Shown: positions 13,331 to 26,170 of the stretch, piece after piece
Layout of the letters: every line of letters starts with the position of its first letter
How positions within the stretch are numbered: position 1 is the stretch's first letter
NCBI RefSeq assembly: GCF_036321535.1
Contig: NC_087437.1
Coordinates: 35,714,001-35,778,000, forward strand
Direction of reading: 5' to 3'
DNA length: 64,000 nucleotides
From: Camelus dromedarius
Lineage: Eukaryota
Position numbers and translations under genes: made by a program
Notes under the pieces: model-generated
Told to the model about the DNA's origin: nothing
Databases searched by the model: none
The model's input: the letters and a program-made list of their open reading frames with translations, nothing else

Positions 13331-14909
13331 AGGGCTCCCTTTCCTTGTCATAAGTCTATCAATGAATACCTCTGTCTCGATCTTTGAAATGCAAAGCTGT
13401 TATCAAGACACACAATCTGACAAATCAGAGACAACTTAAGACCTTTAATAGGGGCAAACGAGGCAGAGAGGCAAGGAGCCCATGAACATGCCAAGGGAAT
13501 CCAATTTGCCCCTCCATTTCCTTTGTTGGGACCTAGAAACAGATAGAGTTCAAAACAAGATTAAGAACAAATAAATTTGGATTGACTAATTTAAAGGCCC
13601 CTACTAACGCCTTTTTCTCTTTAGAACTTCATATACTGATGAAAAGAAACTCATATGGAGCTTGGCTATCTTTTATTACTTAATCTTTTACCTCATAGTC
13701 CTTGTAGGCAACAAGTTTCAGGCTTAAAATTCCTCTTTCCTTAGGAGGTTGAGCTGAACCCTAACTCAGACTAAAAGGGGTAAAGTAATGAAGGGGAGCT
13801 AGCAAAGGAAATTGAGACAATGTGCCCAAACACCTTCACATATTTCAAAGAGCTCCTGTAATGTAAGTAAAGAAAGAATTCATTTGCATTCATGAGTGGG
13901 CATTTCTGTAGGAGTCCTTAGTTGAATGTGTTGTACAGAATTAGAGGGAGCCTGTATACACTTGGGAAGGGGAGTGCAGGGGGACGTAAATAAACGTCTG
14001 TAGATTGTGCATATACAATTATAGTTATGGGAATCAATATTCTCACATTTATTTCTTATCACATTTATCTTTCTATTTCTGTTGTAAACTCCTCAGTGGA
14101 ATAACATGGCACTTCCTTTTTTTCTCCCTCCCTCCCTCCTTTTGCTGTATAGTTTTTAGCACTGAGTATTACATTCTGGTTAGTAAATACTCATGGATTT
14201 GCCTTGTTTCCTATGGTGTATGAAAACATTGGATCATGTTTACAACTGAATTTGTAAGTTTTTTGTCCTTAATTTGATTTCTTCGTATTTAATATTCCAC
14301 TTTTATAACCTACTATTTAAATTTTATAACCTCAAAACACTGATAATATATTTACTTATAAGCCATTTGAAGAGACTGAATTCCAAAAACTTATGGAATA
14401 ATAATATTATGCTGCAAAAAGTATGCTGTTGAAAATTTGTTCAGCATAGTTGTTTGGATTTCTACTTACTTTAAATTTATGGGAATTGGCAGCCCTCTTT
14501 CTTTATCCAGAGGCGAAGCCTCAGGTACTTTTCCTATTTTCGTCATATGTACAGAAAAATATAAATGTATTTATCTTAAAAGTATTTGAAATTCCTTGTG
14601 CCCACATTTTGATTCTAGTTTTAGGATCTTCTTTATTATGTGTACAGGTACTAATTATTCAAGTATCACATTTTGTTAAATGTTCTGAGAGTAGTATTTG
14701 TGTTTCTTCTTAATAAGTAACAAAAAATTGAGACTAACTGTGGAAATAAAGTAACTACCTGTATTGTGTTCTATTCATTATTTTAAAATTAAAAATAAAG
14801 ATTAGAATTTTCTAGAACAAAAAGTAAATGCTGGAATACTATGCCTTGGATTTGGGGCGGTTTGACTTGGTTTCTATGAGAGTTCCATCAGAACTAGATT
14901 TATGACCTA

Positions 14910-15441
14910 CATTTTAGTTTTCTATTGCTATGTAACAAACTGTTTCAGAATTTAGTGCTTAAAACAGCAACCCTGTCTTTGCTAACATTCAGGTAGAACT
15001 TGAGTCACTGTTTTTCTGCTCCACGTGTCATCAATTCTGAAGTGATTGTAGTAAAGTGGAGGCAGGGCCTGAGTAGCCAATATGGTTTCACTCACCTGGT
15101 GCCTTCGCAAGGATGGTTTAGAGGTTTAGCCTGTCTCTTACTTTCCATGTTGCTGTTTCCTCATGGCCTGCCTGGGCTTCTTTACCTAGGTGGGTCCCTG
15201 GAGCAAGTATTCTGAGCAACAGAGGCAAAGCTGTAGATCTTTTCAGGCCCAGACTCAAAAATTGAACAGCATAATTTTGGCTGCATTCTTTTGGTCAAAA
15301 CAAGTCACAAGGTCAGTCCTGATCCAAGGGGAAAGACCTAGGCTCTATCCTTTGATGGAGGACTGGGGGGATCACACTGCCCATGAGCGTATGTATGGGT
15401 TCAAAATATTGTGACCATTATTAGAAATCCACTCTGCTACA
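14910..15441 (-). mobile_element. ERVL-MaLR solo LTR (MLT1F/G/H group)
   Basis: 'ttagttttctattgctatgtaacaaac...ttagtgcttaaaacagca' and 'ttggtcaaaacaagtcacaagg...gatccaagggg'; ends in ...ctaca. Confidence 0.78.
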
Positions 15442-16847
15442 ACCTGGTTCATTTCTCTCCATTTTATCAGGTCTAGGTTTTCCTCATTTGTTGAATGAGG
15501 CAGTTGATTCATTTGTGCAGGATATAATTACTAGACAGTTGTGACAGATGAACAAAACATATTTAACTTTGGTCTTGTGGAGCTTATCTTTGGATTGGAA
15601 TAGGTCAAGTTTAAGATTGCCTCTCAGAACATTCAGTGGTACTGAATATGAAGCAAAGATGGAGCCATAGTTTTTACTGGGGAGTGTGATTTGTCCCAAA
15701 GAACATTTTATTTTTTGATATAGTATAGTTTTCTTCATATTTTTAAAAAGCAGCCTGATTGCTGCAGATACTATTATACTTTATTATTTTAAAATCATTT
15801 CTATCTCCATACGCACCAAATATAAAGGAAGAGCTCCATCTCTGGAGAGTTAAATACAAGTTCAGTGAAGAAAATATGATGCACTGGTTGAAGTTCTGTG
15901 AACTAGCTACTGACAGAATCAAGGACCATTATTTTTAATCAAACTATCCTTTCATTTGCTAGGCAGATAGAGAACAAATGACACAGAGAATAAAATACTA
16001 AATTCTTTTCTGTTATACACTAACCGATTGTAAGTAAAGTAGCTCAGCTTTTTAGGGAGAGCAAAGTCTTAGGGATGAAATTATGTTGTCCAATCTGTCA
16101 ACATCACCATTTACAACAAAATAAAATAAACCAATCTTGTATCACACCTTTCCTGAACCAAAGTATTTAGCCTTTTCAAAATCTTATGGTTGCAGTTTCA
16201 AAAGCAGAGTCAATTACACAGACAAATGAAACTGATGAATTAAGTAATTTGTATTCTCCCTAACTGTTTTGATGAAACTCCATAAACATGCTGTTCGTTC
16301 CATTCCTCTGAGCTTTGAATAATTTACTGTTTGTGACGATAAAAGCACGACAGGGAATACTTTAACATATGCCAGATTCAAACTGAGTGAAATATGACAG
16401 TTTATAATCTGTGAGACAGAAGATTGATCTTCGAAAAATATTTGCATATAAAGTGCCTGCTTCAACACCATAATTCTAGAAGCCCCCATGAACTGAAATC
16501 CAATACTATCACTTAATATGTTGTATAAATGATAAACAGGGTTTTTTGTTGTTTGCATATAAAAATACCTTTCTCTTCTGGGACTATTTTTGTAGGTATT
16601 ATTTTAATTCATAGTGTAAAGATGAGAATTGTGGAAATAGTCACCAAAATAAAATTGCAAATACTCAGCTGGAGGGAATGAAACATTAATTTTTTTCTGA
16701 AAAATAATACATGCACAGAAACATATCAGTATGAAAATGTCCTTAGCCTTCCTCCTCTGTTCTTATTCAGACCTTTTCTATTTGAAGAATAGGGCAGAGC
16801 AGCGAGCTTTTAATTTTTGTTTAGGGAAAGTACAAGGACCATGTTTT

Positions 16848-16871
16848 TTTTTTTTAACATTTTTTATTGAT
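16848..16871 (-). mobile_element. Ultra-short retro-insertion (AATAAA + A-tail) with 13-bp TSD
   Basis: aggaccatgtttt at 16835-16847 and 16872-16884 flanks ttttttttaacattttttattgat. Confidence 0.75.
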
Positions 16872-16899
16872 AGGACCATGTTTTCTTTATCATTTTGTT

Positions 16900-18340
16900 T
16901 TGTTTTTAATTTAATTTTGATATTAGCATTCAGTAAAATTGATTCTTTAAATATACACTTCTAAGAATTTAGCATATGAATAGATTCACATAAATACCAC
17001 CCTAATTAAGAACAGAACAGTTACATCATCCCAAGAGCCGTCTTATGCTATCTCTTTGTCATCACTCCTTCCTCCCACTCTTCATCTCTGACAATCACCA
17101 ATCTGCATCTCATCATTATAGTTTTATTTTTTTAAGAGTGTTATAGAAATGTAGTAGCCATACAATCTGTAACCTTTTGAGACTGGCATATTTTACTCAG
17201 CATAATGCATTTGATGTTAATCCCAATTGTTGCATTTATCAGTAGTTCGTTTTTGTTGCTGCATTAGTGTTCTGTTGTGTGGAGGTACCACAGTTTGTTT
17301 ATCCATTCACTCATCTAAGGACATCTGGGTTGTTTCTAGTGTTTAGTACTTAGTAGTAGATATCCTGTAAACATTCCTGTATAGGTTTTATATGGACATA
17401 TGCTTTCATTTCTCTAAGGTAAATACCCAAGACTGGGATTGCTTGGTTTATGGTAGGTGTATGTTCAGCTTTTTCAGGGATTGCCAAATAGTTTTCCAGG
17501 GTAGCCGAATCATTTAGCATCCCCAACAGCAAGATTTTAGAGTCTAGTTGCTCCAGATTCTTGCTAACACTTGGCATTGTCAAGTGTATTTTATTTTAGT
17601 CATTCTAAAAGACATGTAGTGGCGTCTTGTTGATATTTCCCTAATGTTTAGTGGTGCTGAACATCTCTTCATGTGTTTTTTTGGTCATCAGTATATTGTC
17701 TTTGGTGAAATATTTTTTTTAAGTCTTTTTGCTTATCTTTAAATGAATTATTTTTTTTCTTGCTCTTAAGTTTTGAAAGTTCTTTACATATGCTAGATGC
17801 AAATCCTTTGTTGGATATGTGGTATACAGATATTTTCTTCTGGTCTGTACCTTGTCTTTTCAGTCTCTTAAAAGTGTCATTTGCACAGAAAAGTTTTTTC
17901 TTTTAATTTTGATGAACTTTATCATTTTATCTTTTATGCATCGTGATTCTAGTGTTATGTCTCAGGATGTTTTGCCTAATGCCAAGATATAAAGATTTTC
18001 TTACATGTTTTCTTCTAAAATCTTAGAATTTTACATTTGCACTAATTTTTGCATATGTATGATTTTTGTATATGAAGTATAAATTAAAGTTTACTTCTAT
18101 ATGTAAGTGTCCAATTGTTCCTCCACCTTTTGTTGAATAGTTTTTCTGTTGTATTTTTATAACCTTCCAAACATTAAATGTTCATTTATACGTGGTTCTA
18201 TTTCTGGGTCTTCTATGTTCTTCCATTGATTTATTTGTTTACTCTGTTACCAGTACCACGCTGTCATGATTACTGTGGCTTCTTAAATTTTAAAATTGGG
18301 TAGTATAATTTCTCTGATTTTGTTTTTATTTTTCAAAATT
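16900..18340 (-). mobile_element. L1 (L1MB/L1MC-like) 3'UTR and ORF2 end
   Basis: 'aaccttttgagactggc...actcagcataatgc', 'aaatacccaagactgggattgct', 'ccagtaccacgctgtc'; ORF 17350-17583 contains L1 ORF2-like 'AIPVLGIYLREMKAYVH'. Confidence 0.88.
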
Positions 18341-18559
18341 TTTTCTAGGTGTTCTTAAATTTTAAAAAAATTCTTGGATTAAAAATAGTATAAAATATGC
18401 ATTAAAAACAATTCATTAGAAAAATTCTATTTGGAATACACTGTGTCAAGCTCTTCTAAATTGAAATGTAAATAGATTTAGACTTTTGACAACTTAATTT
18501 TTGATTAAATATTTCTGTCCATAAATAGGAGATTACTTTAGTAAACTATGTTCCATCTG

Positions 18560-18900
18560 ACTAATGCGGTACTATGCAGCTATAAAAAAATAATGAGGAG
18601 GAATTCTAGTTCTCAAAGGTCCTAGGGTACATTGTACATGAAAAAAATACAGGTACAAAAGATTATATAGAGAATGCTAACATTTGTGTAAAAAAGAAGG
18701 GAAATACAATATCATTATCTGCTTATATTTATAAAAAGTGATAATGAAACATGGAAAGAATAAACCAGAAGCTAATGAATTACTTATTTACAGGAGCAAG
18801 TGGGATTGGGAAAAGAAACAAGAGGAAAATAAATTTCTGTGAGTATTAAGTTCTTACATAGTTTTGACTTTATAAAAATGTTAATTTATAAAATAGAAAA
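18560..18900 (+). mobile_element. L1ME-like 3' fragment
   Basis: 'tactatgcagctataaaaaaataatgagga...catttgtgtaaaaaa' resembles old L1 3'UTR. Confidence 0.6.
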
Positions 18901-20779
18901 AATAGCTACAAACAACAAAGATGGAGAAAATTAAAACTAAACTTGAATATAAGCAAAAATGAACATATATCAAATTTTTAGCATAACTTCACAGAAGAAA
19001 AAAATCAAAATAACTCTGTTACTCAATAAGATATTTTCAAAAAGCAAACATACAAACAAACAAAAATTGTAGGAAATCTTGAAATTCACCAAATCATTCT
19101 TGACTTTTGATGATCATAGAATTGATATGAGTCACAATCTTTAAAATCTCATAAATATACATTTTAGTCATTATTTCTAGAATTTTATTATTTAAAAGTT
19201 ACTTTACATAATATTTGGGTACATATACACACATTTATATATATTTAGTATTGAAATCATTCCATATATAATAATTTATAATCATTTTATTTGCTATTTT
19301 ATAAATTTGTTTTATAGTGGATGAGTCTAACATGAAAATGCCATGTAGAGCTGTTTTGGGAAAATGCAGTTTTCCTTAATGATTTTTTTTCTTTAAAATT
19401 TCAGCAGTCTTATGTAACGTAGTGTGAAGACTTGATTTCACACTAGAAGTTGCTTTTTGATAAAATATATATATTTGTTTTACAAACCATGCCATCTTAA
19501 GTTGAAATCATATAAACAAATGTATAACTAACTGAATGATCAAGAAAATGTAACAAAGGAACACAAATTCTCCACATTCTAGGCATTGTGTAAACCTGGG
19601 CTTATGTATTTGATAGCTGTGTGTTCATTTTCTAATAAAACTCTGTGTCCATTTTCCTTTCCAAAGGGTGTTAATGGGTGAACTTATCCAAAATTTTATA
19701 TCATATATGCAGTTCTATCCATCTCTACATTTTTCTTGATACTAAACCTTGCTGTTACTGAGATACATCTGTCATTGTTTCCAGGCTTGCAGGGTTCGGG
19801 GTTTGCTGTGTGTAATTGTTCTCTGACATTGATCCAGTGGCTCCTGCCAAAAGGCACTGGCATTCACATTATCGGTCATTTTTCCTCATTGGGATTTTGT
19901 TTCCTGAGTAATTAATTTTTCTCATAAGATCATTCTCTGTAAAAAATATGCTCTGACTATACTGCAAGCAATTGATGCTGGTTATATCTATAAATTCTAT
20001 ATAATGGTATTAAAACATATTGTCTGTTTCTAGTATTTAATGATACACTATAATCGTTATGGTATCACCTGCGATACTGAGGTTATAGCTTTGATTTTTT
20101 AGAGCTTCTCAGGGTAAAACATTATACATGATAAATTTTAAGCAGTGCATTTTAATTTTATTTTTCAGATATGATATGTGAAATCTATTGACATATATGT
20201 GATTTACTCTAAATTTTGTCACATAAAATAGCATTCAAATACATTAAAATCAGTGGATGAAAATTCTTATGTTATGAACACTTAGGGACTCAAAACCATT
20301 TTAACTGTTAATATGAGAGAGTCAAAGCTACCTTTGAATCTTACTTTCTAAAAGTGTAGTTGAATAGTGGGAGGTGTTAGTGAAATAGTGTGGTCTGAGT
20401 ATGACTCAATTTTTATTGAAACTTGAGTAAGTAAAAATGTAAGTTAGAGTAATCTAAAAGTTTGCCTTTAAAAAGCAAAAAAGCCAAAAGCATTTCAAAT
20501 CATTAATGAATAAATTTTATCTTTTGTTAACAATTGATTTTTGAAGAGCTGTTATTAATTTTTATATAAAATTTAAAATGCAATACATACCTTATGTTTT
20601 CTAAAATTGCTTCTTTTTATATTACCTTCCAACAATTTTTTGGCCTGTATCATAAATTTCAACATATTTTTAATTTCTTTTTGTCTTTTAGTTAGTATAC
20701 CTTGTTTAGCATGAAAATTTGGAGTTTGCAGAGTAGTACATTGACTTTTCTTTGTTCTCTATCTCATTAATGGTATCTC

Positions 20780-21480
20780 TAGTTATTCATGTAATAGCAG
20801 TTGAAACCCTTCTAGACTTCCCTCTTCTTACTTCCCACACTAAATCATCCTTGTTCTTTTCTGCTTCAATAGTCTAATTATCATTGGAAACCATTCTTTG
20901 CTCTTCCTGCCCCTGTCTGGGATGAACATTAATTTTTTTCCCAGTTGGACATTAGTGATAGCCTACCAACCAACATCATTATTCTTTTGGTCTGTTTCTC
21001 CTCCAGTCAATCCATCAAATTGCTAACATTAGCATTCTAAAATAGAAATCTAGATTGTTGTAACATCCTCCTGCTTTGATCCCTTGCCACCACAGGGTAA
21101 AGTCTAAATTTCTTGGTTTGCCATGGAAAAATCTTTATTAGTCCATCACAACCTACTTTACAACATCCAGGGGCAGCTATTCCAGGTACTGCCAAATCTT
21201 CCCTATTCTAAGTAAACTTGAACCCATGTGGTTGAAGTTTTCATGTCTTTATCTTCTGTCTTACGTAACAAAATGCTCTTCTTTACTATTTAAGTGATAC
21301 AGATTTACTTAAATTCTCTTCTCTATAAAACTTAAGTGATTATTTAGAAGTGAATTCCTCCCTCTTCAGCTCTTCTAGATCTGTGAAGGGTACAGATCTT
21401 TATCTTTGTAACTATAACATGTTTTTTTCTGACATATAAGCATTTCACTTCATTCCTATAGATTAGGAAGCTGATGCCTC
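20780..21480 (+). mobile_element. L2 LINE remnant (highly diverged)
   Basis: 'ctaaaatagaaatctagattg', 'cagggtaaagtctaaatttctt', 'tagattaggaagct'. Confidence 0.55.
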
Positions 21481-21735
21481 AGTGATTAAGTAATGAAAGT
21501 TAATGAAAGAGCAGAGATACATTTAAAATAGGAATACAGTTATGAACATGGTGGCTTTCTCACCAAAGCCAAAGGTTCTCACTAAAATAGAGGTCTTGCT
21601 AAGTTAAATTAGTTGATCTGAATGGTTGCTTAATGATTATCTCACTTAGAAAAAGTTTTAATTGACAATCATCTTTTGAGAATGAGAAAAGGAAGAAAAA
21701 AAATACAAGGTTTAAATTAGTCTTTTAAGAGTACT

Positions 21736-22265
21736 TGTATTCAGGTTTGGTAAGACACTCAGACGTGGAAATGACGATAATGAAATGAGAAGGTTCTTAT
21801 ACTCAGATGGTTCCCTAGAAACAGGAGTCATAGTTGCCACATAAGGGAACCACACAGGAAAGGACTAAGATGGGTCAGGAGATACAGGGAGGGAGGGAAA
21901 TTTGGGGTAGGAGCCTTTGTTGTAGTTTTCTCAGAAGGAAACAGCAAGGTAAGGTAAGCCGGTTTCGACTGACTAGTTTGAATAATTTCAGTAGCCCTGG
22001 GGGCATAGAAACGGCTTGTCTGATTCTTGACTCTTGATTGATTAAAGCAAGTGAATAATATCCAGGAGGGAGAGACCCTGATAAAGGAGGTGCTTAGGGT
22101 ATGGGCCCTAGATTGACTGGCTTGAATATAAAAGCTAGGGTCACAAGCGAGTTGTTTACTATCTAGAAATTAGCTAACCCCAGGAGAGGCAGTCTCTCTA
22201 GGATCAGCAAGGCCCCAAGATGTCGAAGCATCAGAGTCCAGAAAATGAAAAACATGGGTAATACA
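21736..22265 (-). mobile_element. ERVL solo LTR, MER74A-like
   Basis: TG...CA termini; the minus strand starts tgtattacccatgtttttcattttctggactctgatgcttcgacatcttggggccttgctga, matching the recalled MER74A 5' end. Confidence 0.82.
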
Positions 22266-23659
22266 ATTAGAACTGGATAAAGCTGTGTGAAAGGAATCTC
22301 AGACAATACTGAAGTAACTAACAAAGGATGCTCATCACCTCCTCCTTGCTCTTTGGTGAGGGAAAAAAAAAAATCTATATTTGCAACTGTGTGGCTTTTG
22401 TGAACTTAGGAAGTATGTCAGTTAGTACCTGCATCTGAGAGATACACCTTTGAAAGCAGAGGCTTTGTTTGCACACAGCTCAAATGGCAAGATCTTGCGA
22501 TGGAAAATTGAGAGCTCTCTCTAAAGCATGGCCAGAGCAGGCAGCTCTAGCAGTGAGTGGAGAAGCAAGCACACCTCATCTACCTCCCATCACCCCATGA
22601 CTCTCCTGCTTTCATGGCCAAGGTTCTTGAGACCCAGGTGGGGTCTGGATGATTTTGTTTTCAAACCTTTTGTGATCTGGACATTTCTTTCTATCAAATT
22701 ACTATCTATGCTGTGGCAAACTCACTTTTATTTTGCTAGAGATAAAGAGTGATGAATTCAAACCTTGAAGCCAGGTAGGGTGAACACGGAAGAATATTTT
22801 TCAGACACTCTAGTTCAAAACCATTTATAAGCACTGTCTGCCTAGTGTGGTATCCCATCCATCACCCTCTGATGTGTTTAATCAATCCACTTTTGCTAAT
22901 GGATAAGTAGTTACCTTCCGTTTACACTCCACTGAGGCGTTAGTGCCAGGGATATCATGACATTGACTGGTGGATCTTTTTTTTTCATGTTAATGCCCAG
23001 ATGAGGGACATGAATTAATGGAACGACAGGAAGCCAAGCTTCTCTAGCCTGAAGGATGCCCTCTTAAATTCTTAGGGGGTTAAGATCGTGATAAAACAAA
23101 TATGCCCTCATTTAAAGAGTGATTCACTAGCACAGGAGACCAGTTTCAGTTAAAAATCACATTTATGCTTAGTTTTAGTCCCTACAGAAAATTAAAAGAG
23201 ATTTGTGGCCAAGTTACTTTCTCAGCTGAGACAGAGAGAGTTGCATAATAACTACTACCATTGACTTTAATATAAAACATAACATGGTTAGTAACTGTGA
23301 AATCATGAAGGATTTTGGACTCCATTAGTTTTTCTTCTCCTCTCTGGACTTTTCTGAGAGTACTCTCAGTAAAGCTGACAGTCCTACCCCTCTGTCCAAA
23401 AGAGAAAGGATTCTAGGGCCCTGATGCCTTCTCGTTCATTGCCCTTTTTTTTTTTTTTTTTTTTGAAGACTTGGTAAAGCAAGTGAGAAGATGGCAGCCA
23501 CAGGACTGAAGGAAGTGCTTTCAAATATGGTGCCCAGATGGGAAAAGAATGTGCTGTTGGAGGAAATGATTCTATGTGTTAACCAAATAGGTCTTTTAGG
23601 ATTCAACTATGAAGAGATTCAGGAATATTTGATATATAATCTCTCAGTTAAAAAGTCCT

Positions 23660-24640
23660 TTTGTGTGACTCAGAGAATGACTCACATTTTCTACCAAGGA
23701 TGCTGAGAGTGAAGAATAAGATGAGGAAAAAGAGAGAATAGGTAAGTTAAACCATAATCTTGGCCACAAAATAGGGGCCTAAGGGTAACAAAGGATTTCA
23801 GATGAAAGCAAACAAACACATGCACGTACACACAAAAGACTAGTAGGTCTTCTCTGAAACTCTTCTAATAGAAACCCCATCCTACTCTGTACTTACTGAG
23901 ATGTAATTACATGAATGTTTTGTAAGTCATTTTGAGAAGTTATGAAATTCATCAAAGGGATCTTCCTATGGTTATCAACAGGTAAATCTTGTTTTTCCGT
24001 TTATGACTTTTCTAATGTGACTTCTAGAATATGGAAAACGTGAGTTAAAGAAATGAAAAGCAGAATGCCTGCCCTTGATGGAATAAAGAAATCCTGAAAT
24101 AAAGCTCTCTTCCCACCCTCTTTAAATTTTGTAGTTACTTCTGTGTGAATACCTTCAATGTGAAAGGCGCAGAGCAGGGCCAAGAATGAAGATCGGCCGT
24201 ATGTGTAATCTGTGGCTTCGAAGCTGTTCGGAGCTTTGTAGGGCAAGGCAAATAAACAGATAACTACCTTGCAAGAGAAGGGTGAAAATGCCAGATGAGT
24301 CCGATATGACTCAAAACAGGATATTTAGCCAAGCAATACGAAATATTTACAGAAAAGCTGTAGGTACTAAATCTGTCGAATTATGTGTTTTCCCAGGAAT
24401 CCAACTGAGGTGACCCATTTAGTGAAATGTCCACTACACTAGTGTATTTAAGTGAATACTCCCACTTTTTCTTTTGTTTGGCATCTCTGGTGCCACCCAG
24501 GGCTTAAGCGTGCAGGAAGAGCTCAAGACATGATTTCCTGAGCTGAACTAAAACAGGAGGTGTTTGCTCTTAAGAGAACTTTTGCAATTACATCTGTTTT
24601 CCTGTTGTGTTCTTAATATGAGATTGACTCATAGCTGAGA
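23660..24640. promoter_or_regulatory. Candidate enhancer (AP-1/FOX/GATA motif cluster with local CpG retention)
   Basis: TGACTCA at 23666, 23678, 24307, 24625; AAATAAACA overlapping AGATAA at 24250-24263; 8 CpGs in 24168-24378. Motif evidence only. Confidence 0.4.
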
Positions 24641-24784
24641 GCTGATGCTGAAATGTGCAGCTTGCAATTATTTCTCTCCAATTCTCTTAGGGCTTTTAAG
24701 AAATTCTTATCTAAAAGTGATAATTTTATTGACAACACAGCCTATATGCTAAGGTCATTGGTAAGTATTTTTGTTTGCTTAGTT

Positions 24785-25340
24785 ATAATTTTAAATATAT
24801 CATTTAGTAAAATTGACCATTTTTCCTTTGATGTGCAGTTTTATAAATTTAAACATGTTTACATTTGTGTAACCGTCGCTGCAATCAGGGTACTGAACTA
24901 TTCTATCCATGCAAAAATTCTCTTGTGCTATCCTTTATAATCACTCCCTCCTCCCCATAACCCTTGACAACTGCTGATCTCTTCTTCATAAGAATGGTAT
25001 TTGAAGGATGTCAGAGAAATAGAATTATATAGTATCTAACCTTTTGAGACTGCTTTTTTTTTTCCACTCAGCATAATGCCTTTGGCAGTCATTTAAATTG
25101 TGTGTATATCACTAATTCATTCTTTTTAAATTTCTGAATAATAGTCCACTGAATGGGTACACCAGTGTGTATACTCCATTTGCCCTTGAAGGACATGTGG
25201 ATTTTTCCAGTGTGTGGTGTTTATTAATACAGCTGCTTGGAGCATTCATGCATATTTTCGTCTGAACATAAATTTTCATTTATCTAGGGTAAACACTCAG
25301 GAATCAGGTTTCTCTGTTGTTTGGTAAGTGTATAAGGAAT
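24785..25340 (-). mobile_element. L1 (L1MB/L1MC-like) 3' end
   Basis: Similar to the 16900 element: 'agtaaaattga', 'aaccttttgagactg...cactcagcataatgcc', 'tagggtaaacactcagga'. Confidence 0.85.
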
Positions 25341-25989
25341 GGTCTCATAGCTTTTTGTATATTTTATTTTTAAATAATTGGTTCCCATGTTTCTTTTGGA
25401 TGATAGTAATGAATTGGGGATTTAGTTGAGTAAAATTAGCAACTGCACCTTCAGAGTTTTCTCAGGATAGAGTAGGTAAAAAAAACACAGGTAATTTAGA
25501 CTTTGGAAAATTCAGAGACTTAAAGTTCTTAGAGAAGTGCTATTTCCAAAGTTAAATGACTAAATCTCCTTCCTTGTATTACTGCATCACATATTTTGGG
25601 GGCACTGTCCTCTCCTGCAGTGTCCCTTACAGAGTTTCTAGTGAAACAACTCTTGTCAGTTTTCATTGCAGCTGTAACCTCTGTCTACTGGTTTCCTTGT
25701 TCATTGGGGCTGGATCAGGAGATAAATCTGAATGACAAATTACTTGAGATGATCAGAATGGTCTCTCCCTTACCTCCTAATGCTAAAGACTTTGCTCCTA
25801 GCTTAAGCTGGTCACACCTGGGCCCTTACTTCTTTAAGAATAGTCCAAGATGATTTTCACTTCTCATGCAAATAGAATCTGTGACCCAACCTACCAGTTC
25901 ACCAGACAAACTCAGACGCATGTACATTCCATTAGTATCCACTGCCTGGACGAACCTGGGATCCTCTCCCTCCATCCTGTCTCTTCCAC

Positions 25990-26170
25990 TTGACTGACCA
26001 ATTTTACTAGCTCTGAGATGAATGATCTACTCTCTCTTTTCTCATTTATAAAAGAAGTATCATATTAACACCTAGCGTAGGGTTGCTGGGAGGCATCATG
26101 GAGTCAATAAATATTTTGATCAGCATTGAGCAAATAGTTGGTGCTCAGTAATGTCCAATTGCATTGTTAT
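25990..26170 (+). mobile_element. MIR SINE
   Basis: 'tttctcatttataaaa...agggttgctgggagg...gtgctcagtaa'. Confidence 0.65.

Noticed and set aside
13650..13715. 'FYYLIFYLIVLVGN' resembling olfactory receptor TM1
   Set aside because: No following LHTPMY-type motif or other TM segments that I could find.
16214..16558. 114-aa minus-strand ORF in unique sequence
   Set aside because: No recognisable domain or convincing splice sites; this length is within chance for 64 kb in six frames.
18280..18367. 16-bp direct repeat ttcttaaattttaaaa
   Set aside because: Almost all A/T and at an L1 edge; not distinguishable from chance.
20048..20088. Imperfect hairpin ctataatcgttatggtatc...gatactgaggttatag
   Set aside because: Too short and mismatched to call a pre-miRNA or MITE.
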